Of a stretch of 64,000 nucleotides of DNA, positions 44,681 to 59,071 are shown piece after piece. A model generated the notes under the pieces. It was not told the DNA's origin and made no database searches. It saw only the letters and a list, made by a program, of their open reading frames with translations. The position numbers and the translations under genes are program-made. This DNA is from the human T2T-CHM13v2.0 reference genome, Homo sapiens: NCBI RefSeq assembly GCF_009914755.1, contig NC_060931.1. The stretch is one strand, 5' to 3'. How positions within the stretch are numbered: the first letter of the stretch is position 1; every line of letters begins with the position of its first letter.

Positions 44681-44795
44681 AGGGCAAGGAGAGGAGATGG
44701 GAGGGAAGGGGAGGGGAGGGGAGTTGAGGGGAGGGGAGAGAGGGAGGGAGGGAGAGAGGGGAGAGAGGGAGGGAGGGAGAGAAGGGAGAGAGAGA
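44681..44795. repeat. GA-rich polypurine tract (Alu tail derived)
   Basis: (GGGA/GGAGA)n. Confidence 0.9.
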
Positions 44796-45499
44796 ATAGA
44801 ATATTATTCAACCTTTAAAAAGAAGTAAATCCTGCCATTTGTGACAACATGGATAAACCTGGAAGACATTTTGCTAACTGAAATAAGCCAGACACGTTTC
44901 CAATCAGTACTTAGTGGCAAACAAAAAAAGAAAAAGAAAAAAGCCAGACACAGAAAGACAATTATTGCATGATCTCACTCAGATGTGGAATCTTTAAAAA
45001 GTTAAAACAAAGAAACATAGAATAGCAGGATAGTTACCAGGGATCTAGGGTGGGGAAAATGAGGTGATGTGGGTCAAAGGGTACAAAACTGTAGTTATGA
45101 GTAAGTTGTAGAGGCCTAACATATAGCATGGTGATGATAGTTAATAATAACCCATCATATACTTGAAATTCACTGAGAGTAGATCTTAAGTATATGAATA
45201 TGTTGAATAGCTTGATTACAGAAATCATTTTACAATGAATATGTATATTAAAACATCACTCTGTATGCAAATATGTACAATTTTTATTTATCAATTATAC
45301 CTCATTAAAGCCAAAAAATAAAGAACTTTCTTCAAAGTCACATTGAACAATTTTCATGTATAGGTTTTTTGCCAACCATATAGATAAGAAAGATTTGGAA
45401 ATATAATATTTTTAGCTGAGAATATTGCAGTATTTAAATACACAAGCCTTCTGTTTTAAACAAGAGCAAGGAATTGATAATGGTGAGGCAACCAGCACA

Positions 45500-45745
45500 T
45501 AATTAGTTGTTAACATTTATTTAGCACATATTAAATACCAGACATTGCTCTAAATGCCTTACGTACATTAGCCCATTTAATCATCACAATAATCCTAGAA
45601 GGTAAATGCTTTTATTTTCTTCTCTGTACAGATGATGAAGCTGATTCAAAGCATAGTAACTTCATGTCTCAGACTTACTAAGTATCAGGGCCAGAATTAG
45701 CACCTGATTACTCTCCAGATCATTTCCTAAACCACCTGCTACACT
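45500..45745 (-). mobile_element. MIR
   Basis: taacatttatttagcac...catttaatcatcacaataatcct...acagatgatgaagctga. Confidence 0.7.
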
Positions 45746-46845
45746 GCTTTGCATTGCCAGAAAACAGACCTAAAATCTATACATACATCTTTTTTCTCCT
45801 TTCCTTTCACAGTCATTTGTTAACATATTTATGCCACCTTTAATTCAATATGATTAAAACTAGACTGTGAAGTTGTTTCTTTAACTGGCTTTCTATATCT
45901 GCAACTTCCATTGCCATTCTCCAAATTCTCGAGGACTCTTGCTCCCAAAGCCTGTAAGGAATAGGAAACTAATTTTAAGGAGGACTGTGCAGAAGTTGTG
46001 GCTCACTGGTTCTTCATTGGCTAATTTACAGTGTATCCCTAGAATTTATCCTAGAATTTGGTCACTGCAATAGCCTCCTTCTGGGTACCCTAATGTCCAT
46101 TCCATGATTCTGATGTTTAGAGTAATCTAATAGATACAGATTAATTGGTGAGCAGTAGGAAGACACTGAATGGCAGTCTGAGTGAAAAACTTCAATCTTT
46201 CTAATATATCTTAAGATCATTCATATATGATAGTTCTTTACTATTCAGTCAAAATTCCTTGGGTTGAAATTGTACATTCTAAAGTAGGTTCAACCTCTTT
46301 ACAACTTTATTTTCATGTACTTCTCTATCTCCAGTACATTTACAGTCTTCTAGCCATTCTTAGCAAAAGCACCAAGCTGGAAAGGAATAATAACATCCTC
46401 CCCTGATAAACAACTGCCTTTTTACACAAAGTTATCTCCTGATCCTTTTAAGTCTTACCATCTCAGTTCATGCCAAAATAACTTTGATAACTTTGATAGA
46501 AATAACATAGAAAGTCCTTTGATACTTATGGGAAAATAATAACAATTAAAAAGTCAGAATGGATTTTCTTACAATAAGGGTATTGTACTTTGTATCTTCA
46601 CTAAGAACTAGATGTATGTGATTGCTTAAACCTAGATGACACTATTTCAATTATCTACTTCTGCATAACAAAGCACCTCCGAAACTATGGCTTGGGCAAA
46701 GCTCAGCTCTTCTCAGCTCCACATATGTTTGGGCAGGGGCAGGGCAACTAGAATTTAACTCCCATGATTCTAGCTGGGGTGACTGGCAGGTCTTGGGGCT
46801 GGCCATACCCCTCTTTCCCTGTTTTTGATGTGGCTTCCCTCTCTT

Positions 46846-49478
46846 TGATGTGGTTTTGCTGTGTCCCCACCGAGAATCTCATCTTGAATTTTAATCCCCA
46901 TAATCCTCATAACTCCCACATGTCAAGGGTGGGACCAGGTGGAGGTAATTGGATCATGGTGGCAGTTTCCCCCATGCTGTTCTCATGATAGTGACTGAGT
47001 TCTCACAAGATCATATAGTTTTATAAGGGGATCTTCCCCCTTTGCTCAACACTTCTCCTTGCTGCTACCTTGTGAAGAAGGTGCTTTGCTTCCCCTTCAC
47101 TTTCTGCCATAATTGTAAGTTTCCTGCAACCTCCTCAGCCGTGCTGAACTGTGAGTCAATTAAACCTCTCCTTTATAAATTACCCAGCCTCTGGCAGTTT
47201 TTCATAGCAGTATGAGAATGGACTAATACAGTAAATTGGTACCAAGGTAGTGGGACACTGCTATAAAGATACCCAAAATGTGGAAGCAACTTTGGAACTG
47301 GGTAATAGGCAGAAGATGGAACAGTTTAGATGGCTCAGAAGAAGACAGAAAAATGTGGGAAAATTTGGAACTTCCTGGGGATTTTTTGAATGGCTTTGAC
47401 CAAAATGCTGATAGTGATATGGACAATGATGTCCAAGCTGAAGTGGTCTCAGATGGAGACGAGGAACTTGTTGGGAACTGGAGTAAAGGTCACTCTTACT
47501 ATGCTTTAGCAAAGACACTGGCTGCATTTTGCCCCTGCCCTAGAGATCCATGGAATTTTGAACTTGAGAGGGATGATTTAGGGTATCTGGTGGAAGAAAT
47601 TTCTAAGCAGTAAAGCACTCAAGTGGAAGCAGAGCATAAAAGTTTGGAAAATTTGCAGTCTGATAATGCAATAGAAAAGAAAAACCCATTTTCTGGGGAG
47701 AAATGCAAGTCTGCTATAGAAATTTGCGTAAGTAATGAGGAGCCAAATATTAATCACCAAGACAATGGGGAAAATGTCTCCAGGGCATGTCAGACATCTT
47801 CAAAGCAGTCCCTGCCATCACAGATCTGGAGGAGGCCTAGAAGGGAAAAATGGTTTTCTGAACCCAGCCCAGGGTCCCCCTGCTCTGTGCAGCCTCAGGG
47901 CATGGTGCTCTGTGTCCCAGCTGCTTCAGCTCCAGCCATGACTAAAAGGGGCCAAGGTACAGCTATGGCCTTTGCTTCAGAGGGTGCAAACCCCAAGACT
48001 TGGCAGCTTCCATATGGTGTTGACGACACTGTAGGTGTCCAGAAGTCAAGAATTAAGGTTTGGGAACCTCTGCCTAGATTTCAGAGGATGGATGGAAATG
48101 CCTGGATGTCCAGGTAGAAGTTTGCTGCAGGGGTGGAGCCCTCATGGAGCATCTCTGCTAGAGCAGTGAGAAAGGGAAATGTAGGGTTGGAGGTCCAACA
48201 CAGAGTCCCTACTGGGGCACTGCCTAGTGGAGCTGTGAGAAGAGGCCCACTGTCCTCCAGACCCCAGAATGATAAATTGCACTGTGCACCTGGAAAAGCC
48301 ACAGACACTCAATGTCAGCCCATGAAAGCAGTGGGAAGGGGGTTGTACCCTGCAGTGTCTTGGGGTTGGGGCTTCCCAAGGCCATGGGAGCCCACCTCTT
48401 GCATCAGCATGACCTGGATGTGAGACATGGAGTCAAAGGAGATCACTTTGGAACTTTAAGGTTTAATGACTGCCCTATTGGATTTTGGACTTGCATGGGG
48501 CCTGTAGCCCCTTTGTTTTGGCCAATTTATCACATTTGAAATGGGTGTATTTACCCATTACCTCTACCCCCATTATATCTAGGAAGCAACTAACTTGCTT
48601 TTGATTTCATAGGCTTATAGGTGAAAGGGATTTTCCTTGTCTCAGATGAGACTTTAGACTTGGGCTTTTGGGTTAATGCTGGAATGAATTAAGACTTTGG
48701 GAGACTGTTGGAAAGCCATGATTGGTTTTGAAATTTAAGGACATGAGATTTTGGAGGAGCCAGGGACAGAATGACATGGTATGGCTATGTCCCCATCCAA
48801 CATATCACCTTGAATGCAATCCACATGATCCCCATAAACCCCAAATGTCAAGGGCGGGACCAGGTGGAGGTATTTGGATCATGGGGGCAGTTTCCCCCAT
48901 GTGGTTCTCATGTGGTTCTCATGATAGTGAGTGAGTTCTCATGAGATCTGATGGTTTTATAAAGGGCTCTTCCCTCCTCGCTCAGCACTTCTCCTTCCCT
49001 CTGCCTTGTGAGAAAGGTGCCTTGCTTCCCGTTCAACTTCCACCATAATTGTAAGTATCCTGAGGTCTCCCCAGCCATGCAGAACTGGGAGTCAATTAAA
49101 CCTCTTTCCTTTATAAATTACCCGGTCTCGGCCAGGTGCAGTGGCTCACGCCTGTAATCCCATCACTTTGGGAGGCTGAGGCAGGAGAAACATCTGAGGT
49201 CAGGAGTCCAAGACCAGCCTGGCCAACATGGTGAAACCCTGTCTCTACTAAAACACAAAAATTAGCCAGGTGTGGTGGCGGGCACCTGTATTTACAGTTG
49301 CTTGAGGGGCTGAGGCAGGAGAATTGCTTGAACCCAGGAAGTGGAGGTTGCAGTGAGCTGAGATTGTGCTATTGCACTCTAGCCTGGGTGACAGAGCCAG
49401 TCTCTGTCTCAAAAATAAATAAATAAATAACTGAGTCTCAGGAAGTTCTTTATAGCAGTGTGAGAAAGGACTAATACA
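46846..49478 (+). mobile_element. Complete THE1D (MaLR) element: LTR 46846-47230, internal 47231-48771, LTR 48772-49478 (Alu inside)
   Basis: Two LTRs flank internal peptides (MWENLELPGDFLNGFDQNADSDMD). TSD ctctt/ttctt. Confidence 0.93.
49130..49424 (+). mobile_element. AluS within the THE1D 3' LTR
   Basis: Full dimer with (TAAA)n tail and degenerate TSD aaattacccggtctc / aaataactgagtctc. Confidence 0.95.
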
Positions 49479-50022
49479 TTCTTCCTCCAGCACCTTTCTC
49501 TGTTCATGTGGCCTCTCGCTCTAGTAGGGTACTTGACTCTTTGAAATGGTAGCTGTGTTCCAAGCAGGTAAAAATTGATGCTCCAAAACTTCATAATGCC
49601 TACATCCACAATTAATACAAAATTACTTCAGCTGCATTCAATCTGTCAAGGCAAGTCAAAGGACCAGGCAAAATTCAGGAAGAGGAAAGGGGAAAGAAGT
49701 TCCCCTTTCAGCAGACAAGAGGCACACATGCATTGGGATGAGAGTAATCACTGACAGTCAACTTTGCAGAAAACCTACCACACAAAGGTTTACTTTTGCT
49801 TTGCTTCAGTAAGACATATCAAAAGTATTTTCCAGCAAAAGTACTGTATGAAAACCATTATCATTTTCCTTTCTTTCTATATACTGCCACATGGTAGTTT
49901 GATTGCAAAAGTGTATCTCACTCTGTGTTTCTCAAAATTATAAATACATGAATCTTTAGAGAATACTCAATCTGGTGGAAAAGATATTTTTCTCATTTTC
50001 ACAGGCTAAATAAATTTTGATT

Positions 50023-50469
50023 TGTAGTGGGTTGAAAAACTACCTCTAAAATCTCATGTCCAAGCCCTAACCCCTGGTACTCTATAAATGTGACCTTATT
50101 TGGAAAAAGAGCCTTTGCAAATATAAGAAAGTAAAAGATGAAATCATTGTGGAATAACTGGGTGGGCCCTAAGGCCAATGACAATAGACTTTATAAGAAG
50201 AGGAGAAGACTCAAATACACAGAGGGAAGAAGGTCAAATGAAGACAGAGGCAGAGATTGGAGTTATGCTGTCACAAGCCAAGGAACGTCTGGACCTACCA
50301 AGAGCTAGCAGAGGCAAGGATCTCCCCCAGGGCCTTGAGAAGTAGTATGGCCCTATTGACACATAGACTTCAATCTTCTGGCATTCATAATAGTGACAGA
50401 ATAAATTTATGTTGTTTTAAGCCACCCAGTTTGTGATAACTGGTTATGGTATCCCAGGAAACTAATACA
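50023..50469 (+). mobile_element. MLT1B/C solo LTR
   Basis: tgtagtgggttgaa...aatgtgaccttatttggaaa...ggaaactaataca. Confidence 0.88.
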
Positions 50470-50816
50470 TAGTTTTTTAATCAAAATCTTATTGAAAATA
50501 TTTTTTAATTTACTATTTTTAAAAAATTTTTATTCCTAGTTCATCTGACTTCAGAGGCACTTCATATTGCAGAAGAAAATAAGAGGGGTGAAAGACCTTG
50601 CATTTATTTTAAATTTACTGATACTCTCTTAACAAGAATATGTGAATCTTAGTTCCTGAATTTTTAAAATTGCCCTCATCACTCTTGCATCTACAGATAT
50701 AGGACTCAAATAATCTCATCACTTATATTCCGAATAGCATCTCTGTAGTCTCATATACTTATGGCAAGAAATTAACACAAAAGTAAAATATTTAATTGGT
50801 CCCATGGCTTAAATAA

Positions 50817-50987
50817 GTCTTCCTTAAAGAGTGACACCTATACCAGCAACATCAGTATCATTTCAGAACTTGTTAGAAATGCAATTCCTGGATACCACTC
50901 CTGACCTATAGAATCAGAAACATAGCAATCTGTGTTTGAACAAACCCTCCTAGCAATTCTGATGCCACTAACATATAAGAATTGCTG
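50817..50987 (+). mobile_element. MER5A
   Basis: accagcaacatcagtatc...cttgttagaaatgcaa...gaatcagaaac...aattctgatgc. Confidence 0.8.
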
Positions 50988-52509
50988 GGAATTCTGCCAC
51001 TTACTCAATGTGACTATTCAAATTAAGCATTCTAGAATTGTGGAAATTACCACAGGATGGAGGGAGAGTTCCACTCAGCCCACTGTGGAGTCGATCTGAG
51101 CTAAACCCCACTGATCACCTGACCTCTACAAGCCCCTACTCTGACTGGTGGACTACAGTGACTTTTGGTTCTCTTAGAATTAATGTCAATTCAAAGCCAG
51201 TATTCAGTAATGTTCAAAAGGTCTGATTATTTCCTTTTCTCTGATGCACAGTGCACCTGGAGAATGATGCCATTTCAAGGACTCAGTGCTGGTTGCTACT
51301 GCTGGCAGATTGGGCATCCATCAGCGGCTGTGGCCAGGCTGACCTTGGTAAGTGGAACTCCGTGTTGCTTCCAGTGATTATATGCTTCAAATCTTTGAAA
51401 TATTAATATATGGTATCTAATTGAATTTCTTATATATGAATATGCTAAACAACTTTTTTTTCAATTGATTTCTTTTTCAAATTTCCTTCCCTTTTTAACC
51501 TGCCTCATCTAGCAAGTGTTTTTTCTAAGATGGCTGCTGTCCAACATCTGGTTCTAAAAGGAAACTACAGAAATCCGTCAAAACACATTTGCTTGATTCC
51601 TGTGGGTTTTTGGGTGGAGAATAAATTTAAACTCTGTGTGAACCTAATGAGGATAAAATAAGCAAGGACAGAGGAATGAAACATTAGATTGAGACTGTAG
51701 AAAACCAAAACTATTAGGTTTATGCCCCAAGCCTTTCCTCTGTGATAGCAATATGTTTGGGTCCAAAGGAACTGGCTTGCTACACAACCTATCTTGCACT
51801 GCAGATATAGCATATTCATTATGTCATTGAGATCCTGTAGGTATCATTCATGGTTTTCCTTTTGCCACTTTGTGCAGGCAGATCTATATAATTATGAACA
51901 GATGTAATCCCAGCCACTGGATATAGTTTACAAACTAGACTCTCCCTCACAATCGATGCTTACCGCTCAATGGGACAGAATTGAACAGAAACTGGACTTT
52001 AAAATAGAAGTGTGACAAATTTCTCAACAAAGTTACAGGATATTCTATCAAGGATATGAATTACAGAATATTATTATCCTATGCACACTAGTATTTCATT
52101 CCAGCTGCTCTGCTGCTATGTGTAGATAAGATTCATACATCTGAAAAAAATGGGAGAATGGAAATAGAGGAATCCATTACTTGATGCTTGATGTAATGGT
52201 TACTTATCCTTTCCAAAGGTTGCAATATAACTGGTGTTTAGCAATAGATAGCAAGCTCCAAGTCCAGAATAAAGAAGGAGCACTTTATATTTTTTTATGT
52301 CATCACTTTATGTAGCAAACTTTCTGAATCATAATTTATTGATGCAATCAGTTGTAAAACGTACCATTGTTTCCTATACTTCTGGGCAGAAGAAAAATGT
52401 TGCCAATTAAGTTATATCTTATATTTTTATATCTATCGAAAGAGCTGTTTTAGATATATTTAGACCTGCATACTTATCACTTTATAGGCAATGAGAAAGT
52501 GTTATACTT

Positions 52510-53830
52510 TTTAATTCTATTAACCCCCATTAGCTTTTTATGTTATTGTTGTCATGCATTTTAATTCAACATATATTGTAAATATCACAAAATATTATTT
52601 TATAATTAATATTTTAAATGTGTCCATGTATTTACCAACATCACTGACTTGCTTTTCCCTCCTCCATTTCTGTATTTCTTTCTTGATCATTTTCCTTCTG
52701 CCTGAAGAATTCTGTAGTACCTACTGTAATATTTGTCAATGATGAAACCTCTCAGGCTTATTTTGTCTAGAAATATCTTTATTTCACCTTCAATTCCAGA
52801 GTAAATTTTTAGTTGGCAGAGAATTGTAAACTGGCAGTAATTTTATCATTAAAGATGTCATTAAATTGTTTTCTGGCTTCCATAATTTGTTTTAGGAAAT
52901 TAGCTATTTATCTTATTGTAGTTGCTTGAAGGTAATGTGTATTTTCAATGTTTTATTATTGTTTTGATTTCCCTCAGTTTGACTCTGGTGTGCCAAAGTG
53001 TGGTTTTCATTGTATTTACCCAGCTTGGGCTTATACACTTCTTAAATCAACTGCTTGATGTTTTGGGTCAGACTTGGCAAATTCTTGAGAGATTTCTTCT
53101 TGAAATATTGTTTCTTCCCCATCCTCATCTTCTCCCTTTCTAGAACTCCAATTTCATATCTGGTAGACCTTCATGTAAATATCTTTTAAAAGATGTGCTT
53201 CCAGAAAAAAGAAATGCAACCTAAAGGAAGAACAAAGAAGTAAGAAACAGTGGTAAAAACGGGACTGAGAAACACTAGGGTCAACATCAACAACAATTGA
53301 CCATATAAAATATTAAAATTATTATTTACAAATTGTTTCATGAATATAAAAATAAGTCAGAACTAAAATAGGGAAATAATAATATGTTAGATCTGAGGCA
53401 ATATGTTACTTAAGTCTTCTAAGAATCTGTAGTTTCTAGGTGAAGGATAAAGGTAACACTGAACTTTGCAAAGTCATGTGTACACATTAAATGTTGGAGA
53501 CTATTTATTCAAATAATAGAAATGAAATATAAACCCTTCAAAATATTATTGGGTGATATGAATTTTTGCCCAAAAAAACTACTAAAACTTTGAAAAGAAA
53601 AAAAATGAAGTATGAAGGAAAGCAATATTACTTAAAACCACAAAATAGGATGGCAAAAAAAAAAAACCTGAATATACTAGTTTAACTGAATTGGCCAGTT
53701 GAATACAAATTAAGATTGGATTAAATAAAATTCAGCAATATTTTGTTTAAAGAAGACACACTTAAAACATGGGTATACCAAAAGATTACAAGCAAAAGGA
53801 TAGGAAAAGATTACTATGCAAACTGTTTTT
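52510..53830. mobile_element. Ancient L1M fragments (minus ~52510-53170, plus ~53180-53830)
   Basis: atctttatttcaccttca and ttctggcttccat (antisense), then gattggattaaataaaa...aagaagacacacttaaaac (sense). Confidence 0.55.
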
Positions 53831-53845
53831 AAAAAAATCATATTG

Positions 53846-54042
53846 CAGGGGCTGGCAATTTCTTTTTGTAAAGGTCCAGACAGTAAACATTTTAGGCTTT
53901 ATAAGTCGTAACTTAAAACTACCTAACTCTGTGATTCTAGTAAGAAAGCATATACAGACAGTATGTAAACAAATGAGCATGGTTGTGCGCTAATAAAAAT
54001 TTATTCAAAAAACAGGCACCAGGCCATATTTGCTGACCTCTG
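53846..54042 (+). mobile_element. MER58A
   Basis: caggggctggcaa...aaacattttaggcttt...ttgctgacctctg with terminal inverted repeats. Confidence 0.85.
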
Positions 54043-54353
54043 GTTTATTAGAAGACCATAATCTTGTGCCTTATGGATAAGCAAAAAATATATATACAAA
54101 GAAATAAACTAAGATAGATGATGTTACAAGAAAACTCAGCCTCAAGAGCTAGCATAGGTAAAGGAAAAGGAATTGAACAAAGGTGGTACGTAAGTTGTTT
54201 TTGATTCTCTCACCCATCATTAACTCCACGATTTCTTTCCGTTTCCCTCATCCCCACTTTACATCAGTTCTAGACAAGGTAAAAATTAGAACATAGCTTT
54301 GGGAGAGTAGTTCCCAATAGCAGACGATCCAGAGTTTTAAAAAACAGAATCCC

Positions 54354-54726
<373 letters not shown>

Positions 54727-55007
54727 TTATGGATGCACTACCGGACAGCCCTTCTGTAGCCACTTGGGTCATGAGAGTGAAATACAGTATGGCACCACTG
54801 TTTGTGATTAAAGATGTTAACGCTAATGGACTCCACTGGCATTCATGGCTAATTACTTAAGAAAAGATTAAAAGACAACCGTCACCATTTCATACTTCGC
54901 ATTGGAATCATACATTGTAAAGCATTTGTTTCTTATTTGTCTCTTAATTACAATTCTTACCACTAGGTGGCATTCACCCAAAGTTGTATCTCCCTGGGAA
55001 AGTGATG

Positions 55008-55339
55008 CAGAGGCTGCAAATTGGCAGGGCCTGGACGTGGCTCACAAATATGCTTTGATTGGCCCATTGTGTTTTCAAACATTTGGATGACTGGTCAATA
55101 TTTAAGATTAGAGAATTTTACCCTATAAAATTGTCTTTCTTGCTTTTCTTGACAAATAGAAGACTTGGCAATACTAGGTCTTTCTCCACCTGCCAACAAT
55201 CACTTGATGGGACAAGGCTGCTCCCACAGAGGGAAAATGCACTCTTCATATCAGGCCCTGCTGCTTCTTCGCTTCTTATGTGCTTTAATTGATTATATCC
55301 CTGCTTGGCCCCTGCAGGTATTCAACTTGGTGACCCTTG
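55008..55339 (+). mobile_element. MER102
   Basis: cagaggctgcaaattggc...cttggcaatactagg...cctgcttggcccctgcaggtattcaacttggtgacccttg. Confidence 0.75.
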
Positions 55340-55637
55340 CATTATAGTTTCACCAGAACTTTTGAGCAATGACCATTTATTCTAAAACACTAACAAAAAT
55401 ATAATTTCACATTGGAGTGCCTTTCAGAAATGCAGATGTAAAGTTAAAACAGAATAAATCATACAAGAATCAAGACCTGGTTACAGAATGATACAAAAAT
55501 CTTGAATTAAGGAAAATAAGGGAGGACCCAAGAGCAAAGTAAACAGCCAGACACTATTAAAAGATAAAAGTACAAATGCATCCAGCAAATGTCAGTTTAC
55601 TGGATCCAGCACTGGTTTAAAAACTCTATACGGGTCA

Positions 55638-56100
<463 letters not shown>

Positions 56101-58900
56101 GCTTTGACTCCAAGGCCCTTATTGCAAAGAGATTATTTGAGGAATAGGGTTGGCGTTGGAGTTTGGAGTTGTAGAATTGCTTTGCCATTCATACTGGTTC
56201 TTTCTGTGCCCTCAGATTGATGAATCCTGGTTTTCTCTGTTGAGTGAAGAGATAATTCCTGATGGAAGAAAATAGATATTTCTTTATCTTCTTTTTGAAG
56301 AGGAGGGAAGAAAAGGGTCCCTTTCAGATAGTGGCATGGCCTATTTGGATTACAGTCATTTGTTCCCTTCTCTCCCTAGGATTATCTTTCCTAGGATAAC
56401 TTCAAATATCCCAGGGATGCTTAAATTTCATCCTGAAAGAGAAGCAGAACACCTGCTCTGTCAGTGATGAAAGCCACTCTTCTTTATAATTGCTGCCACA
56501 CGGTGTCGCTGTTGAAACACAGGGAACATAGCCACCCAGGTATGGTCCCTGCTGTACAGTATTGTTGCTGAGTACCAGGCCATGCTGTGGTTGGTGAATA
56601 CAACAGAGGAATGCTTTAATGACCCACAAGCACCACTGTCATCCATCTCTTGTCTGTGGTAGTTTCTCCACAGGGATAAGAAATGTCTCCTTGGTAGCAC
56701 TTTCGACTATGATACTTTTGTGCCATTGTAGGCTTGGTCCACCCACAACTTCAGTCTTATAATTAAGACATGATTCAAGTTTACATATAAAGCCATTTTT
56801 ATAAGATCCCCCGGGGCAGCTGAATTTGGAGGGATTTTCAGTCTTAGCCATGCAATTGCCCAGGATTACCTCTCGTCCCTCCCACCTTCTTTAATCATCC
56901 CCCACAGTGAAAGAACTTCCTCTCCATCCCTCTGCCTCAACAGCCATCCATTTTTTTCATCCAAGAAAGAGTAATTAACGTTCCTTTATGGCAACACCTG
57001 ACCTTGTTGCAAACACAGGCTATAATATTAATGCCTGAAAGTTCTCTACTACCTAGAGAATTACTCTGCATGGAGTCAATCACCTTGGATGGATTAAAGC
57101 TGTGTATTTTGGTTTCATAGACTTGGCTGTGAACTGGGTGAAGCATCCTCAGCAGCTGAATCCCAAGAGAATAATCTACAAATTCCTTCTTAAAAAATAA
57201 TTGGTGTCCTTATCGTTTGTTATAGAGCTAGGGGTGTGTGCAAGTGAACAAGAAATGATAGTTAAATAAAGTTTCCAATTCAGTAAAAGATGTTTCTCAT
57301 ATAATTTCACTCTATAGCAATGTTCTTTCTCAGGGAAATATTTCTGTATCTGTAAGTGGAGATTTGAGATGAAGAATATACATGAAAAAAATGCTAACTG
57401 AACATGGATTTCAGGATCATGAAATGACCAAGCTCTTGACGAATTGTCCAATTTGTTCTGGACATACATTAATATGGACATATAGTAAATTCTCAACTAA
57501 TCAGAGAGAGCTGTTCACAACTAATCCAAAGTCAGAGTGGAAATAAACTATGCATCATCTTCTGGTGCTTCCCAGCTGACTTCCCACCAGCCTGTAAGCA
57601 GCCCATTCTCAAGGCTTGGTTCTTATTTTTCTGAAACCACCACAGCAGCTCTGGCCCTCTGCAGGAGAGGGAAAGGTGTCTTAGTGAATATCAATGGCAA
57701 CAAGTGATAAGTACATACTGCCTAACTCCTGAGCCTTGCTTCATGGTTACCATTAGGAATCTGACTACTCTCTCGCATGGTCATGAGATGTGCCTGTATC
57801 CTAGTCTCCAAGATCTTCCGGGAAGTAGACTTGCACATCCTTTCTTCCCAATCAGTTCTAGAGGTAATTAGTCAAGCAAATAATTTTTTGTTAGTACCTA
57901 TTATTAATTTATTAATTTTCCTATTAATTAAAAAAAGATTTCCTGAGAAGTCATTTATTTCTAAAATGGAGGGTATTCAGCAATCATTTTTTTATATCAG
58001 TCATGGAACCCCTCCCAAAGCAAAAAGAAAAAGTTTAGAATTATAGAAAGGTCTAATAGATCATCACATTCAAGCTTTTGAGTTTTCTTCATTTACAGGT
58101 AAGGAAGCTCATTGCCTTCAATATCAACCTTCCCATCTGTTAAATGGAGGGCTCCAGATGATTTGGCCTCAATTGTGCGGTTAGTTACTCGGTGTAAAAA
58201 TAGCTAAAATCTCTGTCTAAGGCACCTTATGCTGCATTAGAACTAATCAGTCATTTTCTTCTAAAACCATTTGTACCCCAGAAATCAATGCCACTCTACA
58301 TTACAATTCCAGGATACAGCTTTTAAAATGCTTGGCTGAAGTAAAGGAAGGAAAGTTGCTGGCATCGTGGCTATTCTATTGTGGTTTATAGGCAATCCAA
58401 ACATCAGTTGTGTGTTGTTATAGTTCAATTCTCAAAGATTGTTATGGGATCCCACATTATGGTATGCTTAAAATAAAAACAAATAAAAACACAGAGACCT
58501 TGTTTTCTAAGGCTATGGGATGACATGCAGTTTTGTGCCACTTCATCAGAACTTGGTCTTTCAACCAGAGTGTTTATTACGAAGTGCAGTAAAGCAAAAC
58601 AGAACCACAAGACAAACATTAAAGCTCTCTCTCCCTTTCTGAAAGATCTGAGGAGAGGATTTTCCTTCAGAAATAACATGTCTGCCTCAGTGCTCACTGT
58701 GCCCAACAGCTCTGTCTCAGTGAAAGAATTTCCCACGGGGTTCTACAAAAAAAAAAAAAAAAAAATACCTGACTATACTGAGAACCAGAGAAATGTACAA
58801 TTTAAAGCCTCTTTAATTAAATGTCCTTCCTTCTTTGGAATGGAAACAATTTTATCAAGTTATCTTTGGAGTAGGATTGAGGTGAGCAGAGATGTATTCA

Positions 58901-59071
58901 GATTTAGTTCCAATGAGCTCCAGGTATGGAACAGATTATGTAAATTCTGTATGGAACAGAATTCTGTATGGAACAGAATTTACATAATCTCGAGCTCATG
59001 GAACTTCTGTTCCATACCTGGAGCTCATTAACATAATCTGTTCCATACCTGGAGCTCACTGGGACTAAATC
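58901..59071. repeat. Nested inverted/direct repeat mosaic (long hairpin)
   Basis: 41-bp outer arms (39/41 complementary), a perfect 18-bp inner inverted repeat, a 17-bp tandem pair and an extra 24-bp arm copy. Confidence 0.95.

Larger units (their letters stand above)
46642..49782 (-). mobile_element. Old MLT1 (H/J-like) LTR split by THE1D
   Basis: ttatctacttctgcataacaaagcacc at left. ...ctgcattcaatctgtcaaggcaagtca...aaacctaccaca at right. Confidence 0.55.

Noticed and set aside
56402-56851. Two same-frame minus-strand ORFs (70 and 75 aa) separated by one stop
   Set aside because: No recognisable protein family, no poly-A/TSD or exon support; compatible with chance.
58525-59031. 168-aa ORF, the longest in the track
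   Set aside because: Runs through a poly-A tract and the palindromic mosaic; no homology or codon signature.
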